Shown here piece by piece: positions 27,351 through 41,009 of a DNA stretch of 64,000 nucleotides. Position 1 is the stretch's first letter. Every line of letters starts with the position of its first letter. The DNA is taken from positions 166,968,001 through 167,032,000 of the forward strand of contig NC_086097.1 of assembly GCF_963921235.1 (NCBI RefSeq), in the 5' to 3' direction. Below the pieces are notes generated by a model that saw only the letters and a list, made by a program, of their open reading frames with translations, was not told the origin of the DNA and searched no databases. The translations under genes and the position numbers were made by a program. This DNA is from Mobula hypostoma (taxonomy: Eukaryota).

Positions 27351-27509
27351 AAACAACAGGAATTCTGCAGATGCTGGAAATTCAAGTAACACACATCAAA
27401 GTTGCTGGGGAACACAGCAGGCCAGGTAGCATCTCTAAGAAGAGGTACAGTCGACGTTTCAGGCCGAGACCCTTCTTCAGGACTAACTGAAGGAAGAGTT
27501 AGTAAGAGA
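27351..27509 (-). mobile_element. 159-bp Penelope-derived mini insertion carrying a hammerhead
   Basis: Matches 11201-11360. Perfect 14-bp TSD TTCTATACTTATTC at 27337-27350 and 27510-27523. Confidence 0.9.
27449..27484 (-). ncRNA. Minimal type I hammerhead ribozyme motif
   Basis: AGUC-CUGAAGA-A-GGGU(CUCG)GCCU-GAAAC-GUC/GACU. The only core change is at the variable N7 position. Confidence 0.8.
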
Positions 27510-27853
27510 TTCTATACTTATTCGTTATGCAGGGTAAAAGCTGTTATTTATTGCCTTGCTCTAAATGCCCTAAAGTGTATTGGTTACGATTAAAGACTAA
27601 GACTAGCTTTAAACATTGAAACATACAATGAAATGAGTTGTTTGCATCAAATCAAACCTGCAGGATCTACTCAGCAGCCCATAATTGTTGCCGTTCTTTG
27701 GGCACCAACTTAGCACGCCCACAACTCACAAACCCCAACCCATCTTTGGAACATGGAATAAACTAGAGTACTCTGAAGAAACCCATGCAGTGACGGGGAG
27801 AAGGTGTAAGCTCCTTACAGGCAGTAGTGGGAAGTGAACCCTCATCGATGATC

Positions 27854-28242
27854 GTGTCCAAGATATCCTGAAGTGGGAGGGTGAAGAGCCAGAGGTCCTG
27901 GTACATATAGGTACCAATGACATAGGTAGGAAAAGGGATGAGGTCCTGAAAGAAGAATATAGGGAGCTAGGAAGGGAGTTGAGAAAAAGGACCGCAAAGG
28001 TAGTAATCTCGGGATTACTGCCTGTGCCACGCGACAGTGAGAGTAGGAATGCGATGAGGTGGAGGATAAATGCGTGGCTGAGGGATTGGAGCAGGGGGCA
28101 GGGATTCAAGTTTTTGGACCATTGGGACCTCTTTTGGCGCAGGTGTGACCTGTACAAAAAGGACGGGTTACACTTAAATCCTAGGGGGACCAATATCCTG
28201 GCAGGGAGATTAGCGGGGGCTACTGAGGTGACTTTAAACTAG
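27854..28242 (+). pseudogene. CR1 ORF1 C-terminal SGNH/GDSL esterase fragment
   Basis: Reads VLVHIGTND ... DGLHLN, the SGNH block III and V motifs; 5' truncated. Confidence 0.85.
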
Positions 28243-28247
28243 AATGG

Positions 28248-31200
28248 TTGGGGGGTGGGAATCAAATTAAAGAGGCTAGGTGTGAGGAGGTTAGTTCACA
28301 ACAGAGGGATGGGAACCAGTGCAGAGAGACAGAGGGGTGTAAAGTGAGCATAGAAGCAAAAAGTACAAAGGGGAAAAGTAAAAGTGGCAGGCTGACAAAT
28401 CCAGGGCAAGCATTAAAAAGGGCTAAGAGAGTTGTAAAAGAGCGCCTGAAGGCTTTATGTGTCAATGCAAGGAGCATTCGTAATAAGGTGGATGAATTGA
28501 AAGTGCAGATTGTTATTAATGATTATGATATAGTTGGGATCACAGAGACATGGCTCCAGGGTGACCAGGGATGGGAGCTCAACATTCAGGGATATTCAAT
28601 ATTCAGGAGGGATAGACATGAAGGAAGGGGAGGTGGGGTGGCGTTGCTGGTTAAAAAAGAGATTAACGCAATAGAAAGGAAGGACATAAGCCGGGAAGAT
28701 GTGGAATCGATATGGGTAGAGCTGCGTAACACTAAGGGGCAGAAGACGCTGGTGGGAGTTGTGTATAGGCCACCTAACAGTAGTAGTGAGGTCGGAGATG
28801 GTATTAAACAGGAAATTAGAAATGTGTGCAATAAAGGAACAGCAGTTATAATGGGTGACTTCAATCTACATGTAGACTGGGTGAACCAAATTGGTAAAGG
28901 TGCTGAGGAAGAGGATTTCTTGGAATGTATGCGGGATGGTTTTTTGAACCAACATGTCGAGGAACCGACTAGAGAGCAGGCTATTCTGGACTGGGTTTTG
29001 AGCAATGAGGAAGGGTTAATTAGTGATCTTGTCGTGAGAGGCCCCTTGGGTAAGAGTGACCATAATATGGTGGAATTCTTCATTAACATGGAGAGTGACG
29101 TAGTTAATTCAGAAACAAAGGTTCTGAACTTAAAGAGGGGTAACTTTGAAGGTATGAGTCGTGAATTAGCTAAGATAGACTGGCAAATGACACTTAAAGG
29201 ATTGACGGTGGATATGCAATGGCAGGCATTTAAAGGTTGCATGGATGAACTACAACAATTGTTCATCCCAGTTTGGCAAAAGAATAAATCAAGGAAGGTA
29301 GTGCACCCGTGGCTGACAAGAGAAATTAGGGATAGTATCAATTCCAAAGAAGTAGCATACAAATTAGCCAGAGAAAGTGGCTCACCTGAGGACTGGGAGA
29401 AATTCAGAGTTCAGCAGAGGAGGACAAAGGGCTTAATTAGGAAGGGGAAAAAAGATTATCAGAGAAAACTGGCAGAGAACATAAAAACGGACTGTAAAAG
29501 CTTTTATAGATATGTAAAAAGGAAAAGACTGATAAAGACAAATGTAGGTCCCCTGCAAACAGAAACAGGTGAATTGATTATGGGGAGCAAGGACATGGCA
29601 GACCAATTGAATAATTACTTTGGTTCTGTCTTCACTAAGGAGGACATAAATAATCTTCCAGAAATAGTAAGGGACAGAGGGTCCAGTGAGATGGAGGAAC
29701 TGAGCGAAATACATGTTAGTAGGGAAGTGGTGTTAGGTAAATTGAAGGGATTGAAGGCAGATAAATCCCCAGGGCCAGATGGTCTGCATCCCAGAGTGCT
29801 TAAGGAAGTAGCCCAAGAAATAGTGGATGCATTAGTGATAATTTTTCAAAACTCGTTAGATTCTGGACTAGTTCCTGAGGATTGGAGGGTGGCTAATGTA
29901 ACCCCACTTTTTAAAAAAGGAGGGAGAGAGAAACCGGGGAATTATAGGCCGGTTAGCCTAACGTCGGTGGTGGGGAAACTGCTGGAGTCAGTTATCAAGG
30001 ATGTGATAACAGCACATTTGGAAAGCGGTGAAATGATTGGACAAAGTCAGCATGGATTTGTGAAAGGAAAATCATGTCTGACGAATCTCATAGATTTTTT
30101 GAGGATGTAACTAGTAGAGTGGATAGGGGAGAACCAGTGGATGTGGTATATTTGGATTTTCAAAAGGCTTTTGACAAGGTCCCACACAGGAGATTAGTGT
30201 GCAAACTTAAAGCACACGGTATTGGGGGTAAGGTATTGGTGTGGGTGGAGAATTGGTTAGCAGACAGGAAGCAAAGAGTGGGAATAAACGGGACCTTTTC
30301 AGAATGGCAGGCGGTGACTAGTGGGGTACCGCAAGGCTCAGTGCTGGGACCCCAGTTGTTTACAATATATATTAATGACTTGGATGAGGGAATTAAATGC
30401 AGCATCTCCAAGTTTGCGGATGACACGAAGCTGGGTGGCAGTGTTAGCAGTGAGGAGGATGCTAAGAGGATGCAGGGTGACTTGGATAGGTTGGGTGAGT
30501 GGGCAAATTCATGGCAGATGCAATTTAATGTGGATAAATGTGAAGTTATCCACTTTGGTGGCAAAAATAGGAAAACAGATTATTATCTGAATGGTGGCCG
30601 ATTAGGAAAAGGGGAGGTGCAACGAGACCTGGGTGTCATTATACACCAGTCATTGAAAGTGGGCATGCAGGTACAGCAGGCGGTGAAAAAGGCGAACGGT
30701 ATGCTGGCATTTATAGCGAGAGGATTCGAGTACAGGAGCAGGGAGGTACTACTGCAGTTGTACAATGCCTTGGTGAGACCACACCTGGAGTATTGTGTGC
30801 AGTTTTGGTCCCCTAATCTGAGGAAAGACATCTTTGCCATAGAGGGAGTACAAAGAAGGTTCACCAGATTGATTCCTGGGATGGCAGGTCTTTCATATGA
30901 AGAAAGACTGGATGAACTGGGCTTGTACTCGTTGGAATTTAGAAGATTGAGGGGGGATCTGATTGAAACGTATAAGATCCTAAAGGGATTGGACAGGTGT
31001 TACGAGAATACACATAAAATTAAGATGTTTGCTGGCCTGGGCTAGCATCAGTGGCATCAGCAGTTGGTCTGCCACCTGCCCTCAGGGGAAGGAGAGATAA
31101 GGAACAATGGAGCAGCGTCTGGAGATGTGTAATGAAGGGATGTGGGAGGAAGAGCTGTCTGGAGCGGCTCCCCCCCTTTGAACCCTGAACTGTTTGAAGT

Positions 31201-32111
31201 GATGGACAGGCGATACCCCAGCAGGGGGATAAAAAGGGACAGGTTCGCTAAGACAGACACACACGCCACCCGAGGTAACGAGACCCTGGAAGCGGTGCGC
31301 TTCTCACGAGTGGGTGAGAAGTCCCAGACAACGACAAGGGTGGAAAGGTACGATCAGCGGGAACCCGGTGTGTGTCCGCCCTTGCCTGGGTGCCGGGTTC
31401 ACTGCAGAGGATCGACCGCATCTGGAGGAGGGGTCACAGTCGGTGACCTCAGGTGACATCACCAAGGACCTGCCCAAAAGCTGTTTGTGAGCCATCCCGC
31501 TGGTCTGTGAGTGAAGCTGTGCTGAATGATGAGTTGTTCCTATTCTATGTCTCTCTTCCCCCACGTTGTCCACCGCCATGGCAACGATTACTGCGAACTG
31601 AACTACTAAACTGGACTGAACTTTGAGTCATTTTGAAATTGGTCATTTACCCCTAGACAACGATAGAGCTTGATTGATGCTGTTATCTTAATTCTGTGCA
31701 CATGTGTGTTTATCATCACTGAACTGTTGCATTTATTATCCTTTCGATTACTGTGTTGCTTGTTTCTTTAATAAAACTTTCTTAGTTCTAGTACTCCAGA
31801 CTCCAACTGAGTGATCCATTTCTGCTGGTTTGGCAACCCAGTTACGGGGTACGTAACATAAGCTAGATGCGGGAAGATTGTTCCCGATGTTGGGGAGGTC
31901 CAGAACGAGGGGTCACAGTTTGAGGATAGAGGGGAAGCCTTTTAGGACCGAGATTAGGAAAAACTTCTTCACACAGAGAGTGGTGAATCTGTGGAATTCT
32001 CTGCCACAGCAAACTGTTGAGGCCAGTTCATTGGCTATGTTTAAAAGGAAGTTAGATATGGCCCTTGTGGCTACAGGGGTCAGGGGGTATGGAGGGAAGG
32101 CTGGGTTCTGA
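28248..32111 (+). pseudogene. CR1 ORF2 (APE endonuclease plus reverse transcriptase) with one frameshift and an LTR insertion
   Basis: Endonuclease motifs NARS, GITETW, GDFN, SDH; RT motifs YLDFQKAFD, GVPQGSVLGP, FADD. 1-bp deletion at about 30094 (IEFFE). LTR at 30998-31858; the frame resumes LDAGRLFP..GF* and ends at 32111. Confidence 0.92.
30998..31858 (+). mobile_element. Solo LTR (861 bp)
   Basis: Perfect 7-bp terminal inverted repeat TGTTACG...CGTAACA. GATAAAA at about 31228 and AATAAA at about 31770. Splits the CR1 peptide GLDR|LDAG. Confidence 0.88.
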
Positions 32112-32699
32112 GTTGGATGATCAGCCATGATCATAATAAATGGCGGTGCAGGCTCAAAGGGCCGAATGGCCTACTCCTGCACCTATTTTCTGTGTTTCTG
32201 TGATGATCACAGGTGCTGTAAAGTGATGCACTAACTGTTACACTAGCATGTTGCCCAATCTTCTAACGGAATGGTAGACCATCTTCTAACCAATCAGGTT
32301 GCTGAAACATTTTAGGTGCAAGCTAAGTGTTACTTGGCTCACAGGTAGGGCAGACTGCATGAAGGTGGAAATTTTTTCCTTCGCTTTAAGACGTTGAATA
32401 ATTCAGATGTGATTTTACTTCAATTTGCTTACCCTTGTAAGTGCTTTCAATTCCAGATTTATTTAAATTGAAAAATTTTACAACTGTATTTTATACATGT
32501 GATTCAAACAAATCTCCCATTCATTAGTACAGGCACCTAGATTACAATCCAGTCACTTAATTGAAATACCACTCTATCCTCCAGTAAACAGTGCCCATTC
32601 CTTGGCCTCCTTCAAGCCAAAGCTATCTGTCCCTTGCTATCAGCTGAAGAGTGTGCTCCGGGCATCACTGCAGGGACTGCATTCCAAAATATGCATGCT

Positions 32700-32709
32700 T
32701 GTGTGTTGT

Positions 32710-32748
<39 letters not shown>

Positions 32749-32770
32749 TGTCTGTCTGTCTGTCTGTCTC
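32700..32770. repeat. Compound microsatellite (GT)n(CTGT)n
   Basis: Read directly from the sequence. Confidence 0.95.
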
Positions 32771-35471
32771 TCAGCATGTTTAAAATACTACAAGAGGATA
32801 ACTGATTGGAACTTCACTGGGGCAGTTCATTTGCCCCAGGACATCACAGTAGTACTCATCAATTCAACACAGAAAACCTTTTATCTCTGTCTACTACACA
32901 CATTACATCATTATCCCTCTTTTTCACTATGTGTTTTATTTTTTATTGTAACTTATAGTATTTTTTGTTCGGCACTGTACTGCTGCCGCAATAAAAAAAA
33001 TCACAACATGCAGTATGTTAGTGTTAATAAACCTGATTCTGATTTTACTCCAAGCAGATTCAGATTAACTTATTGTCATATACACCAGGATGCAATGAAA
33101 CCCATTGCTTGCATGAAATTATATGCAAGATAATAAAATTACAACAATAAATACCATGAGAAAAGCTGCCAGAGGAAGTGGTTGAGGCAGGTAGATTAAA
33201 GACATTGAAAAGTTGTGTACATAGGAAAGGTTTAGAACGATATGGGCCAAACACAGGCAAATGGGACTAGCTTAGGCAAGATTCTTGGTCGGCATGGACC
33301 ACTCAGGCTGAAGGCCTGTTTCCATGCTGTATGACTCTATGATATGGACAAAATAGCAGAATGGTGCAAAAGTTGTCGTGCTAAATAACCAGATTATTTT
33401 GCCAATACTGTTGCTTCTATTACAGCTAGGTTAAGCATAGTCAACGGACTCAACTATGAGGACAGAACACCCAAAAAGACCCAGCAACAGTGTCATACTA
33501 GTACCCAATAATAAGGATGCCTCATTCCCTATTTCACTTTGTTTATCACCTGACACATAGATGGCTTGAAACACATTGGTATAGTTATCAATTGCAGAGC
33601 TACAGTGATGTTATCTGTATTTGCACCGTCTAATCCAGGGGACTGTCCGCGAAGAACATTTTCTGTTTGATCAAATTATAAAAAGGATCAATAAAATTGA
33701 GCCGAGCAGAGAGACTGTTATCGGGATGATGCAGGTTCCTGTAAAAGCAGAGTCTGTAATAACTATTCAGCTGGATCTCAGCACATCCTTTATTTTTTTG
33801 CACTTGGATCTGCAGTTGATTGAGGAAAGTTTGCTTCCTAGATAAGGGCCACATGAGATTTACATAAGACCAGAAAGTAACTTACTGCCTGTGACAATGC
33901 CCAATGATCTGTGTTGCCTAATCAGGAAACCAAGAGAATAGAACACTGTAATGGATTTACAAATATTTGAGTATCCATATTAATATGACAAAATGTAAAA
34001 CAGTGGGAATTTAGGATATCCTGGTCTGCTGCCAACCGAATAAAAGTCACCATAAAAGCTATATGTTTTTACCACATGTATGTGTCTGTGGTTTGTGTAA
34101 ATGTGCATGCACGATTATATCAATACTGTACAAAAATCTCGGTATCTAGTTTCCATACTAAGCACAAATCAGTCCGAATGGAGCCTGCACCTTATCTCTG
34201 CGATTTTCACAAGTGTCCTTGGACATGCTCCAGTTGTCTACCTGAATTTTTCGAATAGATATGCTATTGCTTAGTTAACCAGATATTGTTAATTTTCCAT
34301 AGTCTGAGTAGTTGGTGGGAGAATCAGGAAGGTGCTGACAGGCATGTGTGACAGAACAGATTACAGGGAAATTGATAAAATAACAGGATTGATGAAACTG
34401 TTCTAAAAGCTGGTAGAGATTCAATGGGCAGAATGGCCTCCCTCTATGTGACAAGAAACCATGAGGGTGCAAGTGCGCACAAATGTGCGTTAACTTCTGC
34501 ATACTTTGAATTCTTATTGATATGTGTTAATCTATCTGTACTTGGGTTTAAAATATCACAAGATAATTAGCACAATCTTCACCAGGAGCAGTTCATTTTC
34601 TTCAAGATGTGAAAGCAGTACCGGGGCTCCCCAGGTTATGAATGATGTGACTTTTGAAAATCCATCTTTACACAAATTCCTTCATACATTTTTTAAGCTT
34701 TTTTTTCAAAAAGATAATATCAATGATAAAATATTTCTCAGTACTATTGATAAGTGAATACAGCATACATTTTACTATTTAATTATGGGTAGTGTTAAAG
34801 TGACATGGAATCACACCTAATGCATGCAGAGATAAGGTAGTTACAGAAACAGGGCAATTCTGACTTAAGGAGAAATCAGTTTATGTACATTTCTCTGGAG
34901 CAGAACCCTTACATAATCTGGGACTGCTTGTGTTCACCGTTCCAGCACAAAAAGGAATTTATCCCCATCAAGAACCCCACACAATACATCTTCTTATATG
35001 CCATACTCAAATTGGAAGGTAAAACATGTTTTAACAAAACTTTTACTGGCTTAAAACAGATTTAAACAGTTCCCAAGAGAAAGAATGGTGAACAAGTATT
35101 CATATGCCTCTAAAAGGGGCTATTGTTTCTAAAGTTGATAATATAGGAAATATTTTCTTTAGATTTTTAATATAGCATACAGAAAAGGTTACCAAGTCAA
35201 GTTCAGTAGTTTTGAAAGTGAACTGGGTGTTTCTAAAATATTATAAAATGGAGTTTGGTAAGAGACTCCAGGTCTCTTCACCACATCAATGGATGTCTGG
35301 AAAACACTGAAGATTATAGAGAAGTTGGCTTCAGCCAAAGAAGTTTGTTTTATTTTGTTGAATAAGATCTTTCTGTAATTTCCACACAACATTTGAAAAT
35401 TTGATCTTTGTCTGCATGAGACCAGATGGGCTCATCCTATTAAGGACACAGAATAAACAGTGCCTCAAATA

Positions 35472-36007
35472 CATGCTTAGCCACTTTATTAGACACACCT
35501 CCACACTGGCTCGTTAAGGCAAATATCTAATCAGCCAATCATGTGGTAGCAACTTAATGCATAAAAGCATGCAGGTATGGTCAAGAGGTTCAGTTGTTGT
35601 TTAGATCAAATATCAGAATGGGGAAGAAATGTGAACTAGGTGACTTTGAGCATGGAACAATTGTTGGTGCTTGATAGGGTGGATTAAGTACCTCAGAAAC
35701 TGCTGATCTCCTGGGATTTTCAAGCACAACCATCTGTAGAGTTTACAGAGAATGGGGAAGGTACAAAATGCATCCAGTGAGTGGCAGTTCGGTGGGCAAA
35801 ACACCTTGTTAGTGAGTGAGGTCGGAGGAGAATGGCCAGACTGGCTCAAACTGACAGGAAGGCGACAGTAACCCAAATAACCACACATTACAACAGAGGT
35901 GTGCAGAAGAGCATCTCTGATCACATTGAACCTTGAGGTGGATGGCTAAGGGTTCAGAAGACCACGCTGGGCTCCACTCCACTACTTAATAAATTGGCCA
36001 CTGAGTG
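35472..36007 (+). mobile_element. Tc1-like non-autonomous transposon
   Basis: Decayed transposase HTH (MGKKCELGDFEHGTIVGA..SETADLLGFSSTTICRVYREW). Right TIR TGGCCACTGAGTG-TA. Confidence 0.8.
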
Positions 36008-39000
36008 TATATCGTCTGAAAGGTATCTGTAACTGCTCTAAGTAATCATTATCCCTTCAGATGATTTATCAGATAACAAGGAGTAAAGAAGAAGAGAGGA
36101 AAAGAGGTACCTGCATTTCCATAGCACTTTTTACACCCTTGGATGTCTCAAAATGACTTACTGTCACTAAAGCAGTAATTTTGCAACTTTGGAAAGCTGT
36201 GCCATAAATTATTCACTATTTTTTCACTAGTAGCTCAAACACTCTGGTCACCACCACAGTCATTTCCTCAACTTCCCTTGAGGCTGTAAACCCAGAAACA
36301 TAGGAAATACCGCCAGGGGCTTGTCAATGATATGAACATAGGAAATGAGGGCAGGAGAAAGCCATACAGCCCCATTAGTCTGTACTGCTGTTTAATAAGA
36401 ACTTGATTGTTCCTGTGCCTCAAATACACTTCTCAACATAATCTCTTGAGTTTATAATCTCCATAAATTCTTGCTGAAAAAATCTATTCATTTCAGTGCT
36501 TAAAATATTCTCAACAGGGCATCCAATGTCTTGGAGAGGAGAGAATTTGAAAGTTTCACAATCTTCCTCATTTCAGGCTTATATCCCTGCCTGGATCTAT
36601 GTCTCTTACACTCAGTTCTCTGGTTTCAGTAGTCAGAAAGTCAATACTTCTCAGAAATTTACAAGTCTATGCTTATTTTAAATTCCAAAAGCATTGCCTG
36701 ATTGCAGTCCCAAGTTTTCAATGCAGCACAAAACATTTGTGATGAACTCCATTTTGAAAATGCAGTTCCATTTGCCTTAATGCATGCAACATATATGCAG
36801 ACTGAATGCAAATGAGCCGGGCCCTGAAGTTCCACTAGTGTTAGTGTGCAGGCACATGCCACAAAGGCTGCAGGGAAATTTGCCCTTCATGTCAAGGGCA
36901 GCACAGTGTACAACAGTTGGTGATGCTGTCCTCTTGCTCCAGGGACCCCTCAGAGATGAAGGTGCAGAGTTTGGATGCTCTCCCTGTGAGCACATGGGTT
37001 TGGCCCAGAGGCTCCAGTTTTCTTGCAGATTCCAAGCTTATGCTGATAGGTGAATAGACCAGTGTAAATTGTCCCTTAGATAATCTATCAGATAATGGCA
37101 AAATGATTTAAAGGAGAGTTGATTGCATGTGCAAGGGAGAATACGTTGAGTGGTAAGTAGAGGAGGAATGGAATCAACAGGATGAACTTGATGAGCTGAA
37201 TGGTCTCCTTTTTGTAAGGAGAGGACAGAGAGAAAAACAGAAAATAGAAGTATCACTTATGAGCAAAGTACAAAGAGCAAGTTCCCTAAGTCACTCTAAG
37301 CAACACCACAGCAGAATCAATGGTAGGTTAAATTGTTAAAATGTAAAATTGTTAACATGATCAACTGTGTTATCTGTGTTAACTACTACATTTTCAACAT
37401 GTATTTGATAACAACCACAAAATCCAGTATTATCTATTTCTCCATGTAAGCCTTTCAAACAAATTATGGCAATATATTGCAAAGGACAGATTCAGAATAT
37501 TCCTCAAGCAGGACTTCTTCCAAATAAAGTAACTAATACTTGCTATAGTCCTTTTCCAACTGGAAAACAGAACACTGGCCTGTATTTATCCAACAGGCAG
37601 TTACATGGTGCAGTATTGAGTTTGCAAAGTTCCAAACAAGGGTAAACAGGATAATTAATGCTCTTCAGTGCTTTTTTAGTAATCTTTATAGTTGGTCAAG
37701 TAGGAACAAAAAAAAACAATTGGACATTGATTGGACAGAGTTTTGGGATGAACTGAGGTTTGAAAGACCAAAGCTCTGTCAAATTAATTTACGATCATGA
37801 TGATAATGCAGGAAATGTGGCAGTAAACTTGCACAACAGCTCCTGCAAATAACAGTGTAATACTGACTTGATCATCTGTTTTCACGATGTAAATTATGAG
37901 ATAAATATTAACAAGGACACTGCTTTACAATTGGACAATAGCATTTCAATTAGAAACTGGGACGTACACATGGCACAGCTTTCAACAACCCGGCTAAAAG
38001 GGAGCAACTCTGACAGTGTAGCACACTTTCAGTTTTGATAATTCATGGTCATATCTCTGGAAATTTGATGTACTCAAAGAGGACAGCAGTAAGGAGACAC
38101 TGGCCACAGCTGTGAGAGACACTGCGCTCTTGGCAATGTGGCAACAGGCATTTTGTTAAATATCTGTCTTTTAATTCCTCATTTAAAGTTCAAAGTAATT
38201 TTATTATCAAAGTACACATATGTCATATACAACCCTGAAATTCATTTTCTTGTAGGCATGTTCAGTAAATCCAATGACCATAATAGAATCAATGAAAGAC
38301 TGCACTAACAGAGCAGACAACCAATGTGCAAAAGACAACAAACTGTGTAAATACAAAAAGAAAGATAAAAATAAAATAATAATAATAATAAATAAGCAAT
38401 AAATATCAAGAACATGAGAGGAAGAGTCCTTGAAAGTGAGTCTATAGGTTGTGGGAAGAGTTCAGTGCTGGGGCATGTGAAGTTATCCCCTCTGGTTCAA
38501 GAGAGGTAACAACTGATCCTGAACCTGGTGGTAGTGATGCACTTGGCCATATCCACGATTTTTTGTAGGACTTTCCATTCATGGCATTACCAGTACAAAG
38601 GTGCCAAGACAATGATTAATAAATGACATCATTTATTGTTTACTCTACAAGTTTAAATCTGGACTTTACCCCACAATTTTATTATACAAGACATGGAATC
38701 TAATTGATACGTATATACTATATTCCACTACAGAGACTCCCAATACAACTGAGATTCTTGTACATTCTTTGACACTAACTACAGAGTTACCCTTTTAATT
38801 GTATCTTAGTACGGGTGGTAATCTGAAATGCAGCATTTATACTTTCCTGAACCATGCCCTATGATTGATGCTTCTTTTTCGATACTTGGATTACACTCCT
38901 TGGTCAGTTCCATCAGTTGAACTGAAGACACCAGAGACAGCAGAGGCTGGAATCTGGAGCAACAAATAATCTGCAGGCGGAGCCCCATAAGTTGAGAGGG

Positions 39001-41009
39001 GAAAATAATTGTTTATGTTTTGGATCAAATCCCTGCATCAGTTAACTAGCTTTTGAATCTCATAGTGTTCAGCCACTGTCCTAATTTTTATCCCCAGCTA
39101 TTTGAGTGACTTAATTCAGCAAAGATTTTGACTCTGGATGAGGTGAGACATGTTTGCCTATACTGCCAGTCAGGTGGTCTCAATTTAAAATAGAAACATT
39201 AAGACACTATTGCTCTTCAAGGCAGGAAATGTACTATGTCTGGCCTACACATGACTCCAGGGCCACAAAAATGTGGTTGATTCTGCAATGCCCTCTGAAA
39301 TGACTCATCAAGCCACTCAGTTCAAAAACCATTGAAGATGAACACCAAGTGCTGTCCATACTAAATCAAAAAAAAATTATTATAAAATCCAACATGTTTA
39401 TCTTTTTTCCCCAAGCAACCTGTGCTCAAACTATGTAATGGACCTCATTAAGCTCCCAGAGACAAGGTGGAAAACTGTAGGACAGTTTTTAAAGGAAGGC
39501 AGATCTATGATCTGCATCTCCAATAAAGTGCAACCACTAAATTCTCAGCTTCCTTTTTAAAGAACTCAGAACTGGTACTTAAAGTTATTTGGTTATGGGC
39601 TTTTAATTTGTTAAAGACTGACAGAAATATCCATCTCCTTTTCCGCTGACAATGGGCTAAGTGCTTACTTCCTTTTCTGTGCCTCTCACTTTGCATCTTT
39701 TAGATCTTGGTGTTGATTTGACAGCTTGTCAACTCTTCATACCAGTTTTGCAGAACAGTTTCCTCATTTTGCAGCACTTTGTGGGGTGTTAATGTCAGCA
39801 CAGGTGTTCCATCTGGCAATTGGTGAGTGACACTGAAAACAGAGTCACATTTTATATTGTACTCTAAATATCAGATCTTCAATTTCTGTTATAAGGTTAC
39901 TTGTAAAGACAATGAACAGCACAAAAGGCAGGCCTCAGAGCTTGAGTAGTCTTGATGTACGTCTCTTCTCCCAGCTCACTTTGTCTCACCCTTCCATTCC
40001 TATCTCCCTCATGAGATAATAAAGAATAGATTTCCCTGATTCCTTTAGAGTTAAAATAAATGAGAAGTGGACATCATCTGATAGGAGAGAGAGATCTGCT
40101 CTCCCACTCTACCATTCCAGGGTAAAAGGTGAAAATTGTTATCTTCTATTAACTTTATAATGTCAGTTAGAACATAGAACATAACAGCAAAGTACATGCC
40201 GTCTGGCCCATGGTGTTGTACCAGCCTTTTAAATGCTCTGAGATCAATCTAGCTCTTCCCTCCTACATGGCCTTCTATCATCCACATGTCCATCTAAGCA
40301 TCTCTTAAATGTCCCCGGTATATCTGTCTCTACCACCTTTTCCACCCACTCATCATCATCTCTGTTAAAAAAAAACATATCTATAATATCCCCTGCTTTA
40401 CTTTCGTCCAATCTCCTTAAATTTATCCCTCTTCATATTTGCCATTTCTGACCTGGAGAAAAGTCTCCAGCTATCAATTCGATCTATACCTCTTTTCATC
40501 TTGTACACCTCTATCAAGTAACCTCTCATCCTTCATCAAAGAGAAAAGCCATGGTTGCCTCATCTCAATGATGCAGATCTTTATCTTAACAAGTACATGA
40601 ATAAAAAGGCAGGTGGCTGGAAATAACCATCATCACATTTAATGACAGATCAGTTCAGATGCTGAATGGCTACTTCGAAGTTTTAAAGAGTGTCATTGGG
40701 TCAGATGTTTATCATCACGACAGAGGCAGCAATCTTGCTGAGCGTATCGATTTTTTTTGTGTGGTATTGCAAGGACTTTACCACTTTCAGCATTAAAACA
40801 AACAAGGCGTGTGTAGGCTGGTGACAAGTTTGTTCTTTAGAATTATATCTTCCCTGATTACAATGAATTACCTGAACAAAAATAACTGGATCCAAGTGAT
40901 TGCTGCTTCACTGTATCTACCATTATTCACTTATTATCTTATTCCTTTCTCTCCCACCAGCTTCCAAGGACATCTGCTTTACAGATGTAATAGATGTTTA
41001 TTCATGTTC

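Larger units (their letters stand above)
27854..32201 (+). mobile_element. Young 5'-truncated CR1 LINE inserted in a SINE, interrupted by a solo LTR
   Basis: ORF1 3' part and full ORF2 present. 3' tail TTTCTGTGTTTCTGT. TSD GATGATC at 27847-27853 and 32202-32208. Confidence 0.95.

Noticed and set aside
28586..30864. Long minus-strand ORFs (258, 134 and 93 aa)
   Set aside because: Antisense shadows of the intact CR1 ORF2.
32602..33133. Cys/Val-rich ORFs
   Set aside because: Produced by the (GT)n microsatellite and LINE 3' UTR remnants.
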